From a virus (lineage: Duplodnaviria; Caudoviricetes): a stretch of DNA of 26,145 nt. The stretch is taken from IMG/VR virus record IMGVR_UViG_3300046049_000011, positions 1 to 26,145 of that record; one strand, 5' to 3'. The translations under genes and the position numbers were made by a program. Under the pieces are notes generated by a model. That model did no database searches and was not told where the DNA came from. It saw only the letters and a program-made list of their open reading frames with translations. Below, in pieces: positions 6,644-15,853 of this stretch. How positions within the stretch are numbered: position 1 is the first letter of the stretch; each line of letters opens with the position of its first letter.

Positions 6644-8692
6644 ATGACCAACCGACAACGCGAGCCGTTCGTCGGCGACGACCAGCGCAGTGCGGTCTCG
6701 GAGATGCTCGGTCGTGTCCTTGAGCACGTCGCGCCCGACCGGTTCGTCGCCGGCGGCGCCTCGGCCGACCATGGCTTCCAGCAACGCCCGCGAAACTTCG
6801 AGCGGCTCAAGAAGCACGAGCGGGTTTACGCTGCTGGCGGCCCGATCACCGATTTTATCGACACTCGCGCGATCATGACCTACGGCACGGGCGTCGAGTT
6901 CGAGACTGACGAGCCCGAGCTCACCGACGAGCAGGGCCGCACCGTCGCCGAGTGGCTCACCGAGCAGTTTCCACTGGTCGACCAGGCGATGATCAGTCGC
7001 GGGATCCATACCTACGTGTATGGCGACGCGTGGCCCGAGCTCGTCGAAACGCGTGGCGGTGACGTCTCCCATATTACGCTCGTCCATCCGACGACGGTCG
7101 CACCGGAGTGGGACGCCCACGGCGCGATCGAAGCACTCGAGCAGGTCGTCAAAGACGGCCGGGGGCGGTGGCGTCGGCAGCCCCTCGAGCTCGATCGCCA
7201 CGGGCACTGGTTCTACAAAAACGAGTCGGCGGGACCACTGGGCGATTCGTTGCTCGCGCAGAACTGGCGAGAGATCCAGTGGTATCGCCGCAACCAGGAG
7301 CAACGCGCCAACGCGATCCGGCTGCACGGGAGCCCAAAGTACCACATCCAGGTTGGCTCCGAGAGCCAGTCGATCCCCGACCGGCTGATCCGCCGCGTTC
7401 GCGATCGCTTCCGCTCGAGAAATATCGACGAAAAGACGAGCTGGACGACCGGCGGCCAGATCGAAGTGGACGAGCTCGACGCCCCAGGCTTCCAGGGCAT
7501 GGAGTCGATCACCGAGACGGACGTCACGAAACTCGCGAGTGGCTTCGGCGTGCCATTGGAGTGGACAAACTTCGGCAGCGCTGGCCTCGGCGAAGGCACG
7601 CCCGCCGAGAGCCGGATTCAGAAGTTCGAACGCCAGGCCCGGGGCGAGCAACGCCGGGCCGCAGAGCAGTTCAGGAAGTTTCCCCTGCGGCTGATCGTTG
7701 ACGAGTTTTCGCCGTTCCCGCCAGGCACCCAGTTCGACATTCAGTTCGGCGATCCCGTCACGGATCGCCAGAAGATCGCCCAGTGGCTCGATCCCTTTGC
7801 GGAGCACTACACTCGCGACGAGATCCGCTCGAAGTTGGGCGATCCACCACTCACCGAGGAGCAGCGCCAAGCCGTCGAGGAGCGCGCCGAGCAGGACGCT
7901 GGGCCAGCCGAGGGTGGTGGGCTGTTCGCGAGCGCCGCCGACGCCGGCGACGCGATCGACGCGCCGGACCCCCTTGACGAGGACGCCAAGCGCGCCCACA
8001 CCGACGGCGGCACGGCCGCCCGGGACAACAACTCAAGTTGTGGTTCGCGAAACGGTAGTGGGCGGGTGCTGTTGCACGGCGAGGCGGCCGCCGACGCGCT
8101 GACTCAGCAGGAGCTGGTCTGGCAGGATGTCTATGAGAACGTCCTGTGGCCCGATGAGGCGCCGGAGCGCCAACTCTTCGAATTTGATCCCGAGGACGTC
8201 CCTGACTTTGTCATCAAAAATTTGCGCCAGGCCATCGCTTCGAATGCGGTGTTTGACGAGTTCGAAACGATCGGCGCCGCCGCAGCCGAGCAGCTCGAAG
8301 GCGTTCTCATAAAGTCACTCTCCCAACCACAGGGCTGGTCGATCACGTCGCTCGCCGAGAACATCCAGGAGGCCGTGCCCGAACCGCTCGAGCGCACCGA
8401 CGCCGAGCGAATCGCCCGCACGGAGACCCAGTCACTCGTCAACCAGGCCCGCGAGGAGGGCTACGAGGCACAGTTCGATCTGACCGAGGAACGATTCGAC
8501 TGGGTCGGGCCCGACGATCAGCGAAACTCCGACGTCTGCCCGGCGATCAAGTCACGGGTGCCCGACACCGGGCTTCCGCTGGACGATCTTCGCGAGCTCG
8601 TCCAAGAGACTGCCCGCGAATTTGGCCACGACCCTCGGCGCTGGACTCCGCACATATCATGCAGGCACACATTTACGCGGCAAGTCGCGTAG
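6644..8692 (+). CDS. Portal protein fused to a C-terminal MuF/SPP1 gp7-like head morphogenesis domain
   Basis: Position after terL; portal-like YGDAW.E, G.S.L and FGVP motifs; C-terminal ERIARTE...W....D.R...C...H..CR MuF signature. Confidence 0.85.
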   Translation: MTNRQREPFVGDDQRSAVSEMLGRVLEHVAPDRFVAGGASADHGFQQRPRNFERLKKHERVYAAGGPITDFIDTRAIMTYGTGVEFETDEPELTDEQGRTVAEWLTEQFPLVDQAMISRGIHTYVYGDAWPELVETRGGDVSHITLVHPTTVAPEWDAHGAIEALEQVVKDGRGRWRRQPLELDRHGHWFYKNESAGPLGDSLLAQNWREIQWYRRNQEQRANAIRLHGSPKYHIQVGSESQSIPDRLIRRVRDRFRSRNIDEKTSWTTGGQIEVDELDAPGFQGMESITETDVTKLASGFGVPLEWTNFGSAGLGEGTPAESRIQKFERQARGEQRRAAEQFRKFPLRLIVDEFSPFPPGTQFDIQFGDPVTDRQKIAQWLDPFAEHYTRDEIRSKLGDPPLTEEQRQAVEERAEQDAGPAEGGGLFASAADAGDAIDAPDPLDEDAKRAHTDGGTAARDNNSSCGSRNGSGRVLLHGEAAADALTQQELVWQDVYENVLWPDEAPERQLFEFDPEDVPDFVIKNLRQAIASNAVFDEFETIGAAAAEQLEGVLIKSLSQPQGWSITSLAENIQEAVPEPLERTDAERIARTETQSLVNQAREEGYEAQFDLTEERFDWVGPDDQRNSDVCPAIKSRVPDTGLPLDDLRELVQETAREFGHDPRRWTPHISCRHTFTRQVA

Positions 8693-8722
8693 GATTTTCC
8701 CGGCTGTGCGTCACGTCGATGC

Positions 8723-10096
8723 ATGGCCGATCCGCCATTTAACCCACAACGCGACGGCAGCGGCGCCAACGGCACCAAGGTCTGGGGCGATCTCCGTACC
8801 AATCTCCCGCTGTACGAGGACAATTTCGACCGGCTCGTCGTCAACGAGCTCACCGATCTGGTCAATATCCCCGGTGAGAAGGATTTCACACCCGAACGAC
8901 TCCGATTTTTCAAGGACGGTACGCGCCGGTTTCTCCAGTACGGCACCGACTCGACGCATACGGAGACGGACACCGGTCGCAAGCTCGAGCCCGGCTCGGG
9001 TCAGACGCTCACGCTGAAATCGACCGAGCGACTCACCTATCCGGTCGGGATCGATCTGTGGCCGTCGGCGTCGTACCGGCTCCTCGCCGAGCCCCAATCC
9101 GGCGATGCCGCTGGGTGGGGCTATGGCAAGATCGACCTCGCGAACTTCGACCCGGAAAGCGAGGAGTGGTCGGGCACCGACGCCGACGGCTATTTCGCGA
9201 TCTATACCGAGTCGACAGGCACTGGCAACGTCTTGTTGATCGGCGCTCGGAACGGCACCGTATTTAACAAAACCACTGTCTCGAAGCAAAAGGCGGCCGA
9301 TACCCTCTCGATCATCGAGGCTCGGCTCAACTGGTACGACGTCGGGCCGGCCGTGTTCCGCGAGAGCTTCACCGACGTCGCGAACGATTCATTCGATCCC
9401 CAGCAAAACCCGATCCTGGGCGCGATCGCCAATGACGACGGGAAGGGAGCGGCCCTTGGCTCCCAGCGCCCACAGTTCGCGATCCACCAAGCGTCGGGCA
9501 ACTCCGGCTTCGGGCTCGAGGCCGGGAGCATAGCCGTCAAGGCTTCCAGCATGCCGAATTTCCAGTTTAAGACGAAATCGCACACGATGACACTCGAGTA
9601 TCAGAACCCGACTGGAGAATTTCAGGTACTCGGGGCGATCCGTGGCGATAACGACCGCCCGACGATCCAACTCCGATTTCCGGAGATCGAGATCTCGGAG
9701 ACGCCCGGCTCCGGCACGAATCGGACAAAAGTCGTGTTCGTCGCCGTCCACCCTGACGAGGCCGACGCCGATACAAAGACGTTCTCCACGCCGCCGGAGC
9801 ACAGCAGCGCGAACTCGGTCGTCGAGCACGTCGAGGACAACACCATCACCGGCCCAGACGAGGACGGCAGCAACACGGACGTCAGTGGCCCGGACACGAC
9901 CAACGACATGGACAACCCCGGCGGGTATCAGCTCGCGGCGGATGTCGTCGGCTCCGACTCCGGATCTGGCGGTGTGTTCGACGCGAGCCAGAGCGGCCGC
10001 CGCGAGGTCGCCGACACTGACATCGCGCTCGTGCTCGGTAGTGGATCGACGAGCGGCACGATCAAGCTCGAGGTCCAGACCGAGCAGAACTCCTGA
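8723..10096 (+). CDS. Beta-rich probable virion accessory protein (lectin/ConA-like fold suspected)
   Basis: Own promoter motif; G/T/S/D-rich beta pattern with Y.VG, GWG, DGYF and WY..G motifs; located in the head module. Confidence 0.55.
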   Translation: MADPPFNPQRDGSGANGTKVWGDLRTNLPLYEDNFDRLVVNELTDLVNIPGEKDFTPERLRFFKDGTRRFLQYGTDSTHTETDTGRKLEPGSGQTLTLKSTERLTYPVGIDLWPSASYRLLAEPQSGDAAGWGYGKIDLANFDPESEEWSGTDADGYFAIYTESTGTGNVLLIGARNGTVFNKTTVSKQKAADTLSIIEARLNWYDVGPAVFRESFTDVANDSFDPQQNPILGAIANDDGKGAALGSQRPQFAIHQASGNSGFGLEAGSIAVKASSMPNFQFKTKSHTMTLEYQNPTGEFQVLGAIRGDNDRPTIQLRFPEIEISETPGSGTNRTKVVFVAVHPDEADADTKTFSTPPEHSSANSVVEHVEDNTITGPDEDGSNTDVSGPDTTNDMDNPGGYQLAADVVGSDSGSGGVFDASQSGRREVADTDIALVLGSGSTSGTIKLEVQTEQNS

Positions 10097-10171
10097 CCTA
10101 CCGTGGCGTGACGTGCGTGCCCCACTGTACGTAACACTTACCACAGGGCCGGGGCACGACCTGAAGCATCG

Positions 10172-10537
10172 ATGAGTAACCGCCGTGATCTCGGGACGAT
10201 CAAGATCCCGCGGACGACCGCCGCCGATCCTGACGGTGCCGCCAACGACTCGTTTACCTTCGATGCGACGGTGTACGACGCCGAGGCGATCCACGGGTAT
10301 GAGATCCATCGTCAGCGCAAGGACGCGCTGGGCCAGACCTGGCTCGAGTACGTCAACGAGCAGGCGACTCCGATGGCGCCGGCCGAGCAACTGGCCGAGC
10401 AGCTCGAGGACGGCCTCGCGACGGGCGGCGTCGGCGAGCCCATCGAGGACATCGCCCGGCAGGTCGTCGACGATCTCGAGGGCCATGTCCGGCAGGCCGC
10501 CTACCAGGGTGCCCGCGAAGCGATTCGCGAACGATGA
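10172..10537 (+). CDS. Hypothetical protein (possible ribbon-helix-helix-like)
   Basis: GTIKIPR strand followed later by helical RKDALGQTWLEYV; acidic. Confidence 0.6.
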   Translation: MSNRRDLGTIKIPRTTAADPDGAANDSFTFDATVYDAEAIHGYEIHRQRKDALGQTWLEYVNEQATPMAPAEQLAEQLEDGLATGGVGEPIEDIARQVVDDLEGHVRQAAYQGAREAIRER

Positions 10538-10704
10538 ACGCCGACGCGGCAGCAGTCTATGTCGGTGTCGGCCTACTCACCTACCATGGCTGGGGCCTCG
10601 TCGGCGCCGGTGCCGCGTTGCTCGGCGGCGGCGTCGCGATGATCGTGCTCGCGTCGCTGCTCGAGCCGTCGCCGCACCGATCGCCGCGGCGACCGCGTCA
10701 GTAG
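10534..10704 (+). CDS. Small two-TM membrane protein with basic tail (MNADAAAVYVGVGLLTYHGWGLVGAGAALLGGGVAMIVLASLL..., 56 aa)
   Basis: Read by hand; ATGA-coupled; fills the gap up to the next promoter. Confidence 0.65.
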   Translation: MNADAAAVYVGVGLLTYHGWGLVGAGAALLGGGVAMIVLASLLEPSPHRSPRRPRQ

Positions 10705-10735
10705 CCTTATCGCTCGGTTTCGTCACCGCCGGGCC

Positions 10736-12187
10736 ATGGACGGCACTGATTTCGATCCCGACGATATGACTGATGGCGAGCATCGCGCGCTGGCCGAGTT
10801 TCGCAACCCTGCCGAGATCCGCCGCGTCGAGGAGGGCTCGGGCGTCCGGTACAAACGCGTTATGCTGCTGTCGCCGGGCACCTGGGCCGACGCCGGCAGC
10901 CAAGAACACGTCGAGTACAACGCCGACGCGATCCGTGCGTCGGCGGATAACTGGGTGGATCTCGAGGCGATCCGCGACACGATCCCCGAGTGGCAGCAGC
11001 TCGCGAATGCCGATCGGGCGTCGCGACTCGCCGAGCTCGAGGACACAGTCATGCTCGAGGACGCGGCGCCGATCAACTTTCTGCATGGGCCGGCCATGTA
11101 CGGAGCTGAAAGCCTCGACGAGATCGGCGAGGTCCCCCTTGAGTCGATCATCGTCGACGATGACGGTCGCCTGTTTGGTGACATCGTGCTTGATGGCGAC
11201 TCGCCACAATCACAGACGGCGATCGAGCTCGTCGACGAGGTGCTCGAGGCCACCCAGGATCCGAGCGTCGATCCGCCGCCGGTCGGTCCGTCAGTGGAGA
11301 TCCCCGCCGATCGCGTCTCGCAAGATGAGGGCGTCAAGTCCCTCGAGCAGGCGTTCTTTAGCGCTGTGGGGATCGTCTTCGGCCCCGCAAGTCGACCAGT
11401 CGAACTCGGGGAGCAGGCCCGGGAGCGCGCCGTCGCGCTGACCGGGAACGCAGGAAACGGTGGGGTGGTGCTCCGTCGTGATCGCGACGACGGCAGCGGC
11501 GACGGCAATGCATCTAAACCGGCCCCACGTCACCGGTCGCTCATGTCTGACCAGTTTGATCCCGACGCGATGGACGACGAGGAGCTCGCCGAGGTCCTGC
11601 GGACGATGCAGGAGGACATGGCCGAGCTCGAGAGTGCGCTCCAGGACGTCGACGTCGATCCCCAGATGGCCCAGCAGGCCATCGCCCAGGAGGTGAGCAT
11701 GCGCGTCGACGCCGACGAGGAGCTGACCGAGGACGAGGCTCAGGCCGCGGTGATCGACGAGCTCGCCAGCGCGACTGGCCGGGACGCCGATACCCTCCGG
11801 GCGATCGCCAGCGGCGAGATCGACGAGGTGCCCGAGGACGTCGCGACGGCGATGACCGAGGTGCTCGACGTCGACATGGACGACTTAGGCTCACCAGCCG
11901 AAGACGACGAGATGGACGAGAACGAACAGGAGGCCACGATGGCCGAGCTCAAGCAGGTCAAAAACGTCGTCGGCGAGGTCGCCGACCACATGTCTGATAT
12001 CAAGGACATGCTCCAGGCTCGCGAGGAGGAACGCGAAACCCAGGTCGAGGAGCTCGAGCGCCGGCTCTCGGAGCTCGAGAACGAGCCCGTCAAGCGTTCG
12101 CTGACTGGCGAGCAGGACAGCGCGGAGTTCGTCGACGAGGACGACGGACTTGACGACGCGCCGGCTACCGACCGGCCGCTGATGTAG
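10736..12187 (+). CDS. Prohead protease with C-terminal scaffold domain
   Basis: Between portal and capsid genes; PGTW, FLHG (His) and GPSVE (Ser) motifs; acidic coiled-coil C-terminus. Confidence 0.75.
   Translation: MDGTDFDPDDMTDGEHRALAEFRNPAEIRRVEEGSGVRYKRVMLLSPGTWADAGSQEHVEYNADAIRASADNWVDLEAIRDTIPEWQQLANADRASRLAELEDTVMLEDAAPINFLHGPAMYGAESLDEIGEVPLESIIVDDDGRLFGDIVLDGDSPQSQTAIELVDEVLEATQDPSVDPPPVGPSVEIPADRVSQDEGVKSLEQAFFSAVGIVFGPASRPVELGEQARERAVALTGNAGNGGVVLRRDRDDGSGDGNASKPAPRHRSLMSDQFDPDAMDDEELAEVLRTMQEDMAELESALQDVDVDPQMAQQAIAQEVSMRVDADEELTEDEAQAAVIDELASATGRDADTLRAIASGEIDEVPEDVATAMTEVLDVDMDDLGSPAEDDEMDENEQEATMAELKQVKNVVGEVADHMSDIKDMLQAREEERETQVEELERRLSELENEPVKRSLTGEQDSAEFVDEDDGLDDAPATDRPLM
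11543..12187 (+). CDS. Nested in-frame scaffold protein (214 aa)
   Basis: In-frame ATG at the domain boundary, with TCTAAA at -30 and CGTCAC at -15. Confidence 0.65.
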   Translation: MSDQFDPDAMDDEELAEVLRTMQEDMAELESALQDVDVDPQMAQQAIAQEVSMRVDADEELTEDEAQAAVIDELASATGRDADTLRAIASGEIDEVPEDVATAMTEVLDVDMDDLGSPAEDDEMDENEQEATMAELKQVKNVVGEVADHMSDIKDMLQAREEERETQVEELERRLSELENEPVKRSLTGEQDSAEFVDEDDGLDDAPATDRPLM

Positions 12188-12267
12188 GCCTCGCACGCTG
12201 TACCGTACGACACCGTACACGCCGGCCCCGGCCCTTTTTCCCGGCTGTTCGTCACCACTGGAGCAGA

Positions 12268-12693
12268 ATGGCATTTCGAACGTACTCGAAGCCTGTTCTC
12301 ACGGAGCCAGCTCGTGCGGGGGCTGATATCGACTCCTACGACGCGGAGAACGCGGTCTCCCAAGGACAGGTCGTCAAGCAGGGCAGCAACGAGGACCAGG
12401 TAACGCCGTCCGATACGGACGGCGAGAAGGTCATCGGCGTCGCGCTCTACGACGCCAGCTCGGGTGACATCGTCGACGTCGTCCGCGAGGCCAACGGGGT
12501 CCGGCTAACGTCGGGCTCGGGCTCGATCTCGGCCGACGACGCACTCGCAAGCCATGGCGGGAGCGGCGAGAACGGCGAGGTCGACTCGGCCGCGGCGGGC
12601 GATTACATCCTCGGTACCGCAAAACGGGCCGACGAGGGCAGCAACGACGACGTAATCGCGTCGCTCAACCCCCAGCCAGGGAGTGATCTGTAA
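12268..12693 (+). CDS. Head decoration/capsid cement protein (DUF2190-like)
   Basis: AENAVSQGQVV...VIGVALYDA..GD.V.V pattern; immediately before the capsid gene (TAATG overlap). Confidence 0.8.
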   Translation: MAFRTYSKPVLTEPARAGADIDSYDAENAVSQGQVVKQGSNEDQVTPSDTDGEKVIGVALYDASSGDIVDVVREANGVRLTSGSGSISADDALASHGGSGENGEVDSAAAGDYILGTAKRADEGSNDDVIASLNPQPGSDL

Positions 12694-13991
12694 TGCCGGG
12701 GATCCAGACGCGCAACGACGTCCGCCGGCGACTCAAGCAGTACTGGCGCGATCCCGGTAACCCGCGACTCCGCGGGCTGTTCTTGGCAGCGCTCCCCAAC
12801 TCGGGCGCCGACCCCGAGACCGTCGGCCAGTGCTGGCCGACGCGACCCGACGAGCGTGAGCGCCATCTCCAGACCGTCTACGGGCAGTACGACGGGCAGC
12901 CCCATCGAGTGATGACCGCACCCGTCAAACAGGAGTTCTCGCCGGGTTGGCTCTTCGATGATTTCGAGAGCCGCCCCGAGAGTGGCGTTGCCCGGTCGCT
13001 CGCTCGCGATCACTTCACGCAGGACGAGGACGTCCACAAGTTCCTCTCGGGTGAGGAGACGATGGATCTCGATCGCTACATCAAACGGGCACTGCTCCAA
13101 GACTCGCCGACGCACCTGGATACGCTCTTCCGCAAGGAGCTTGAGGACACGTTCGTCATGGGCGCGCAGCCGCGCAAGATCTTCCGCGACGCGGCCAACG
13201 TCCGGCGGGTCAACCGCGAGAAGGGCGATTTCCCGCGGGAGAGCGACGAGCCGTACGCGCCGATCATCGGCCACAACGACGAGATCCGGACGGGCCAGCA
13301 GGGATTCGACACGGTCAGTTTCGACTGTGACAAGATCGCCACTGGCTTCGAGATCAGCGACTCGCTGATGAACCAGTCCGAGCCGGACGCGTTCGCGAGT
13401 CTCGCCGAGGGGGTGGGCGCGGCCGTCGAGAACACCCTCAACCGCAAGGCGCTCGTCACGGCAATCGATAACGCCGACTCGAACAACGACGTCGACGCCG
13501 ACATCGGCGGCTCGAACGAACAGTCGGCCGTCCAGGCGCTGAACGAGGCGGTCACGAACGTCGACATCAACGACTACGGCGAGCCCGACTCGGTGGTCGT
13601 CCATCCCGAGTTCGAGCAGGCGATTTTCGACGACACCAACGTGGTGTACGCCAATCGCTCGGGCGAGACCGAGCCCGTCCAGGATCGCGAGATGGGCTCG
13701 ATCATGGGCCTCGGGCGCTGGAAAGGGTCGGACAGCACGTACAACAATGCCGGCAGCGCCTCGTACGGCAAACAGCTCTCGACGTCGAACACGTGGGGAT
13801 ACGATGGCGACACGGAGATCGGCGCCGTGGCGTTCCCCAGCCGGATGTTCAACGTCGTGATTTGGGACGATTTCGACATGGAGACCAAATCCTACGAAGA
13901 TCCGATCCGGGATCTCGAAGGGCAAAACGTCCGCACGTGGATGGACGCCGTCTACGGCCAGCAGGGAGCCGGAGCAGTCATCAAACACTAA
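12693..13991 (+). CDS. Major capsid protein (HK97 fold) with N-terminal extension
   Basis: Synteny and size; K...FEISDSLM, VVVHP, G.IMGL and terminal A..I motifs. Confidence 0.88.
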   Translation: MPGIQTRNDVRRRLKQYWRDPGNPRLRGLFLAALPNSGADPETVGQCWPTRPDERERHLQTVYGQYDGQPHRVMTAPVKQEFSPGWLFDDFESRPESGVARSLARDHFTQDEDVHKFLSGEETMDLDRYIKRALLQDSPTHLDTLFRKELEDTFVMGAQPRKIFRDAANVRRVNREKGDFPRESDEPYAPIIGHNDEIRTGQQGFDTVSFDCDKIATGFEISDSLMNQSEPDAFASLAEGVGAAVENTLNRKALVTAIDNADSNNDVDADIGGSNEQSAVQALNEAVTNVDINDYGEPDSVVVHPEFEQAIFDDTNVVYANRSGETEPVQDREMGSIMGLGRWKGSDSTYNNAGSASYGKQLSTSNTWGYDGDTEIGAVAFPSRMFNVVIWDDFDMETKSYEDPIRDLEGQNVRTWMDAVYGQQGAGAVIKH

Positions 13992-14000
13992 CACAGGATC

Positions 14001-14372
14001 ATGACTGATTGGAACCAGGGCTCACCAGTCCACATCAACAACCAGGACGAACAGACAGCAAGCGACTACGTGACTGTCAACGTCAATACCACAGGCACGA
14101 CCGATCTGCTTGATCCCTCGAACACGCGGCGGATCCACGGCGTGTTTGGCGCGGCCGCAACGGCCAGCTCGACGATCGACCTCGAGCTCACCGACGGCAC
14201 CAACACGGCCACGCTCGATGGGAATGCCGACGGCGACGACGTCGTGTTCGGCGAGACGTTCAACATGCGATCGACCGACAAGCTCCAGGCCAACGTGACG
14301 AGTGCCGATACCGATACGGACACGACGCTGGTCGTGTTGCATAGCGCCGTCGATCACGTCACCGACGAATAG
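14001..14372 (+). CDS. Small beta-rich probable capsid-associated protein
   Basis: T/D-rich beta-sandwich-like sequence 9 nt after the capsid stop. Confidence 0.65.
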   Translation: MTDWNQGSPVHINNQDEQTASDYVTVNVNTTGTTDLLDPSNTRRIHGVFGAAATASSTIDLELTDGTNTATLDGNADGDDVVFGETFNMRSTDKLQANVTSADTDTDTTLVVLHSAVDHVTDE

Positions 14373-14428
14373 CGTCGCAGGCCACCGTTCTTTTCGCGCT
14401 GGCGCGTCTCTCGTTGATTCGATCGAGT

Positions 14429-14686
14429 ATGATCCACGACCACGCCAACGAGGGCAAGGTCGTCGACGCCGAGTGGCACGCATTCCGCCAGATGGCTCGC
14501 GAGACTGCCATGTCACCGGAGGAGTTCGACGATCGTGATCGGACACGGTACAACCTCGACGATGACGATCCGGTCGCGCCGGCGCGGATCACCGGCGCGA
14601 ACAACCCCGAAACCTACGAGGGCGACGGCGAGGGCGATCTCGCGCCGCTGCCCGACTACGACTCGGGGGACGCGCCGTACCGTTAG
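14429..14686 (+). CDS. Small acidic hypothetical protein
   Basis: Promoter motif at 14390; halophilic composition. Confidence 0.7.
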   Translation: MIHDHANEGKVVDAEWHAFRQMARETAMSPEEFDDRDRTRYNLDDDDPVAPARITGANNPETYEGDGEGDLAPLPDYDSGDAPYR

Positions 14687-14745
14687 GTACGATACGGTAC
14701 ACGACAGCCCCGGAGCTTTTCGTGGCTGCTCGTCTCGGCTGGCGT

Positions 14746-14934
14746 ATGCCAACGACACTGTTCCCGTCGATCCTGCCCGATCGCGACGCCGACGACATCC
14801 ACACGCTCGAGAGTGCGTTCGGCGATGGCTGTCCGTTCTGCGACGAGTACACGGGCGAGCACGGCCGCCAGCACGCTCGCAACGCTCACCCCGACCAGTA
14901 CGAGGAGCTCGCGGACCGACACGAGGAGGCCTGA
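14746..14934 (+). CDS. Small C2H2-like Zn-finger protein
   Basis: CPFC...HARNAHP; promoter motif at -30/-15. Confidence 0.75.
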   Translation: MPTTLFPSILPDRDADDIHTLESAFGDGCPFCDEYTGEHGRQHARNAHPDQYEELADRHEEA

Positions 14935-14937
14935 GCG

Positions 14938-15348
14938 ATGGTCACGACGCCGACGGTCGACGAGGTCCAGCGGGGCTACAACGGCAATCCCGTCGACGAG
15001 GGCGATCTCTCGTCGGATTCGAACACGAGCCCGCCGTTCAGCGATCCGAGCACCGAGGCCGAGCAGCAGATCGTCGAGGCCGTCGATATGTTCGAGGCTG
15101 TCTTCTCCGATCAGCTGCTTTTCACTGCTGAGACACTCGACGAGGACAACGCAATCCGACTGCTCTGCCGGCACAAGTGGGCGCTCACGCTGGGCGATAC
15201 GATCCAATCGGAGGGGCAAGCGGGTACGAGTGTGACCTATAACGTCTCGACACGCACCGAGCGCTCGCTCTCGCGGACGTCCTACGGTCTCGAGTTTCTC
15301 GAGTATCTCCGCGACGAGCCCAATATCTCGGTCTACCGGGGGCGCTGA
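14938..15348 (+). CDS. Head-tail adaptor (SPP1 gp15/HK97 gp6-like)
   Basis: Helical N-terminus, SVTY strand, TSYGLEFLEY C-terminal motif; synteny. Confidence 0.7.
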   Translation: MVTTPTVDEVQRGYNGNPVDEGDLSSDSNTSPPFSDPSTEAEQQIVEAVDMFEAVFSDQLLFTAETLDEDNAIRLLCRHKWALTLGDTIQSEGQAGTSVTYNVSTRTERSLSRTSYGLEFLEYLRDEPNISVYRGR

Positions 15349-15809
15349 TGGTCCGGACGCGTGTCGAGACGCGGGTCGATCGCGACGCCAGTGGGGCCGT
15401 CCGGTCGGCGACCGACCGCCACATGCTCGACGTTGCCCAGGCTGGGTTCAATAAAAGCCAGGACGTGATCCTCGACGAGGCCACGGACACGGGCCAGCTC
15501 GAGCGCTCGGGGTTTGCACCGCGTCGACGCGACGACGGCACAGTCGTCTATGGCTGGTCCGCAGACTACGCCGCGGCCGTCGACCAGGGGACCGTGCCCC
15601 ACTGGCCACCGATCAAGCCCCTGCTGGGCTGGGTACGACGCGTGTTCGGCGTCGACGGCTCACGCAAGTGGGCTGCCGCGAAGGGCGTCCAACAGAAGAT
15701 CGCTGAGGAGGGCACCGCCCCCGTGGGCTTTGTCGAACACGGTCTCGAGGCCGCCCGGGCAAAAGCCCGCGAGCGGGGGCTCGACAAGCTCGTCAGCGAG
15801 CGGCTCTAA
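15348..15809 (+). CDS. HK97 gp10-like tail/neck completion protein
   Basis: DTGQLERS...YAAAVDQGT.PH.PP motifs. Confidence 0.8.
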   Translation: MVRTRVETRVDRDASGAVRSATDRHMLDVAQAGFNKSQDVILDEATDTGQLERSGFAPRRRDDGTVVYGWSADYAAAVDQGTVPHWPPIKPLLGWVRRVFGVDGSRKWAAAKGVQQKIAEEGTAPVGFVEHGLEAARAKARERGLDKLVSERL

Positions 15810-15853
15810 TCTGACCACGGATGCTTTTCGCCTCCTCGCGCCACCGCAGGGGT

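Noticed and set aside
8028-8041. Palindrome ACAACT-CA-AGTTGT in the portal linker
   Set aside because: Single short instance, plausibly chance.
4168-13994. Long antisense ORFs (e.g. 4168-5868, 6608-7999, 9389-10486, 12603-13994)
   Set aside because: Shadows of high-GC coding strands; not acidic, no motifs, fully overlap clear genes.
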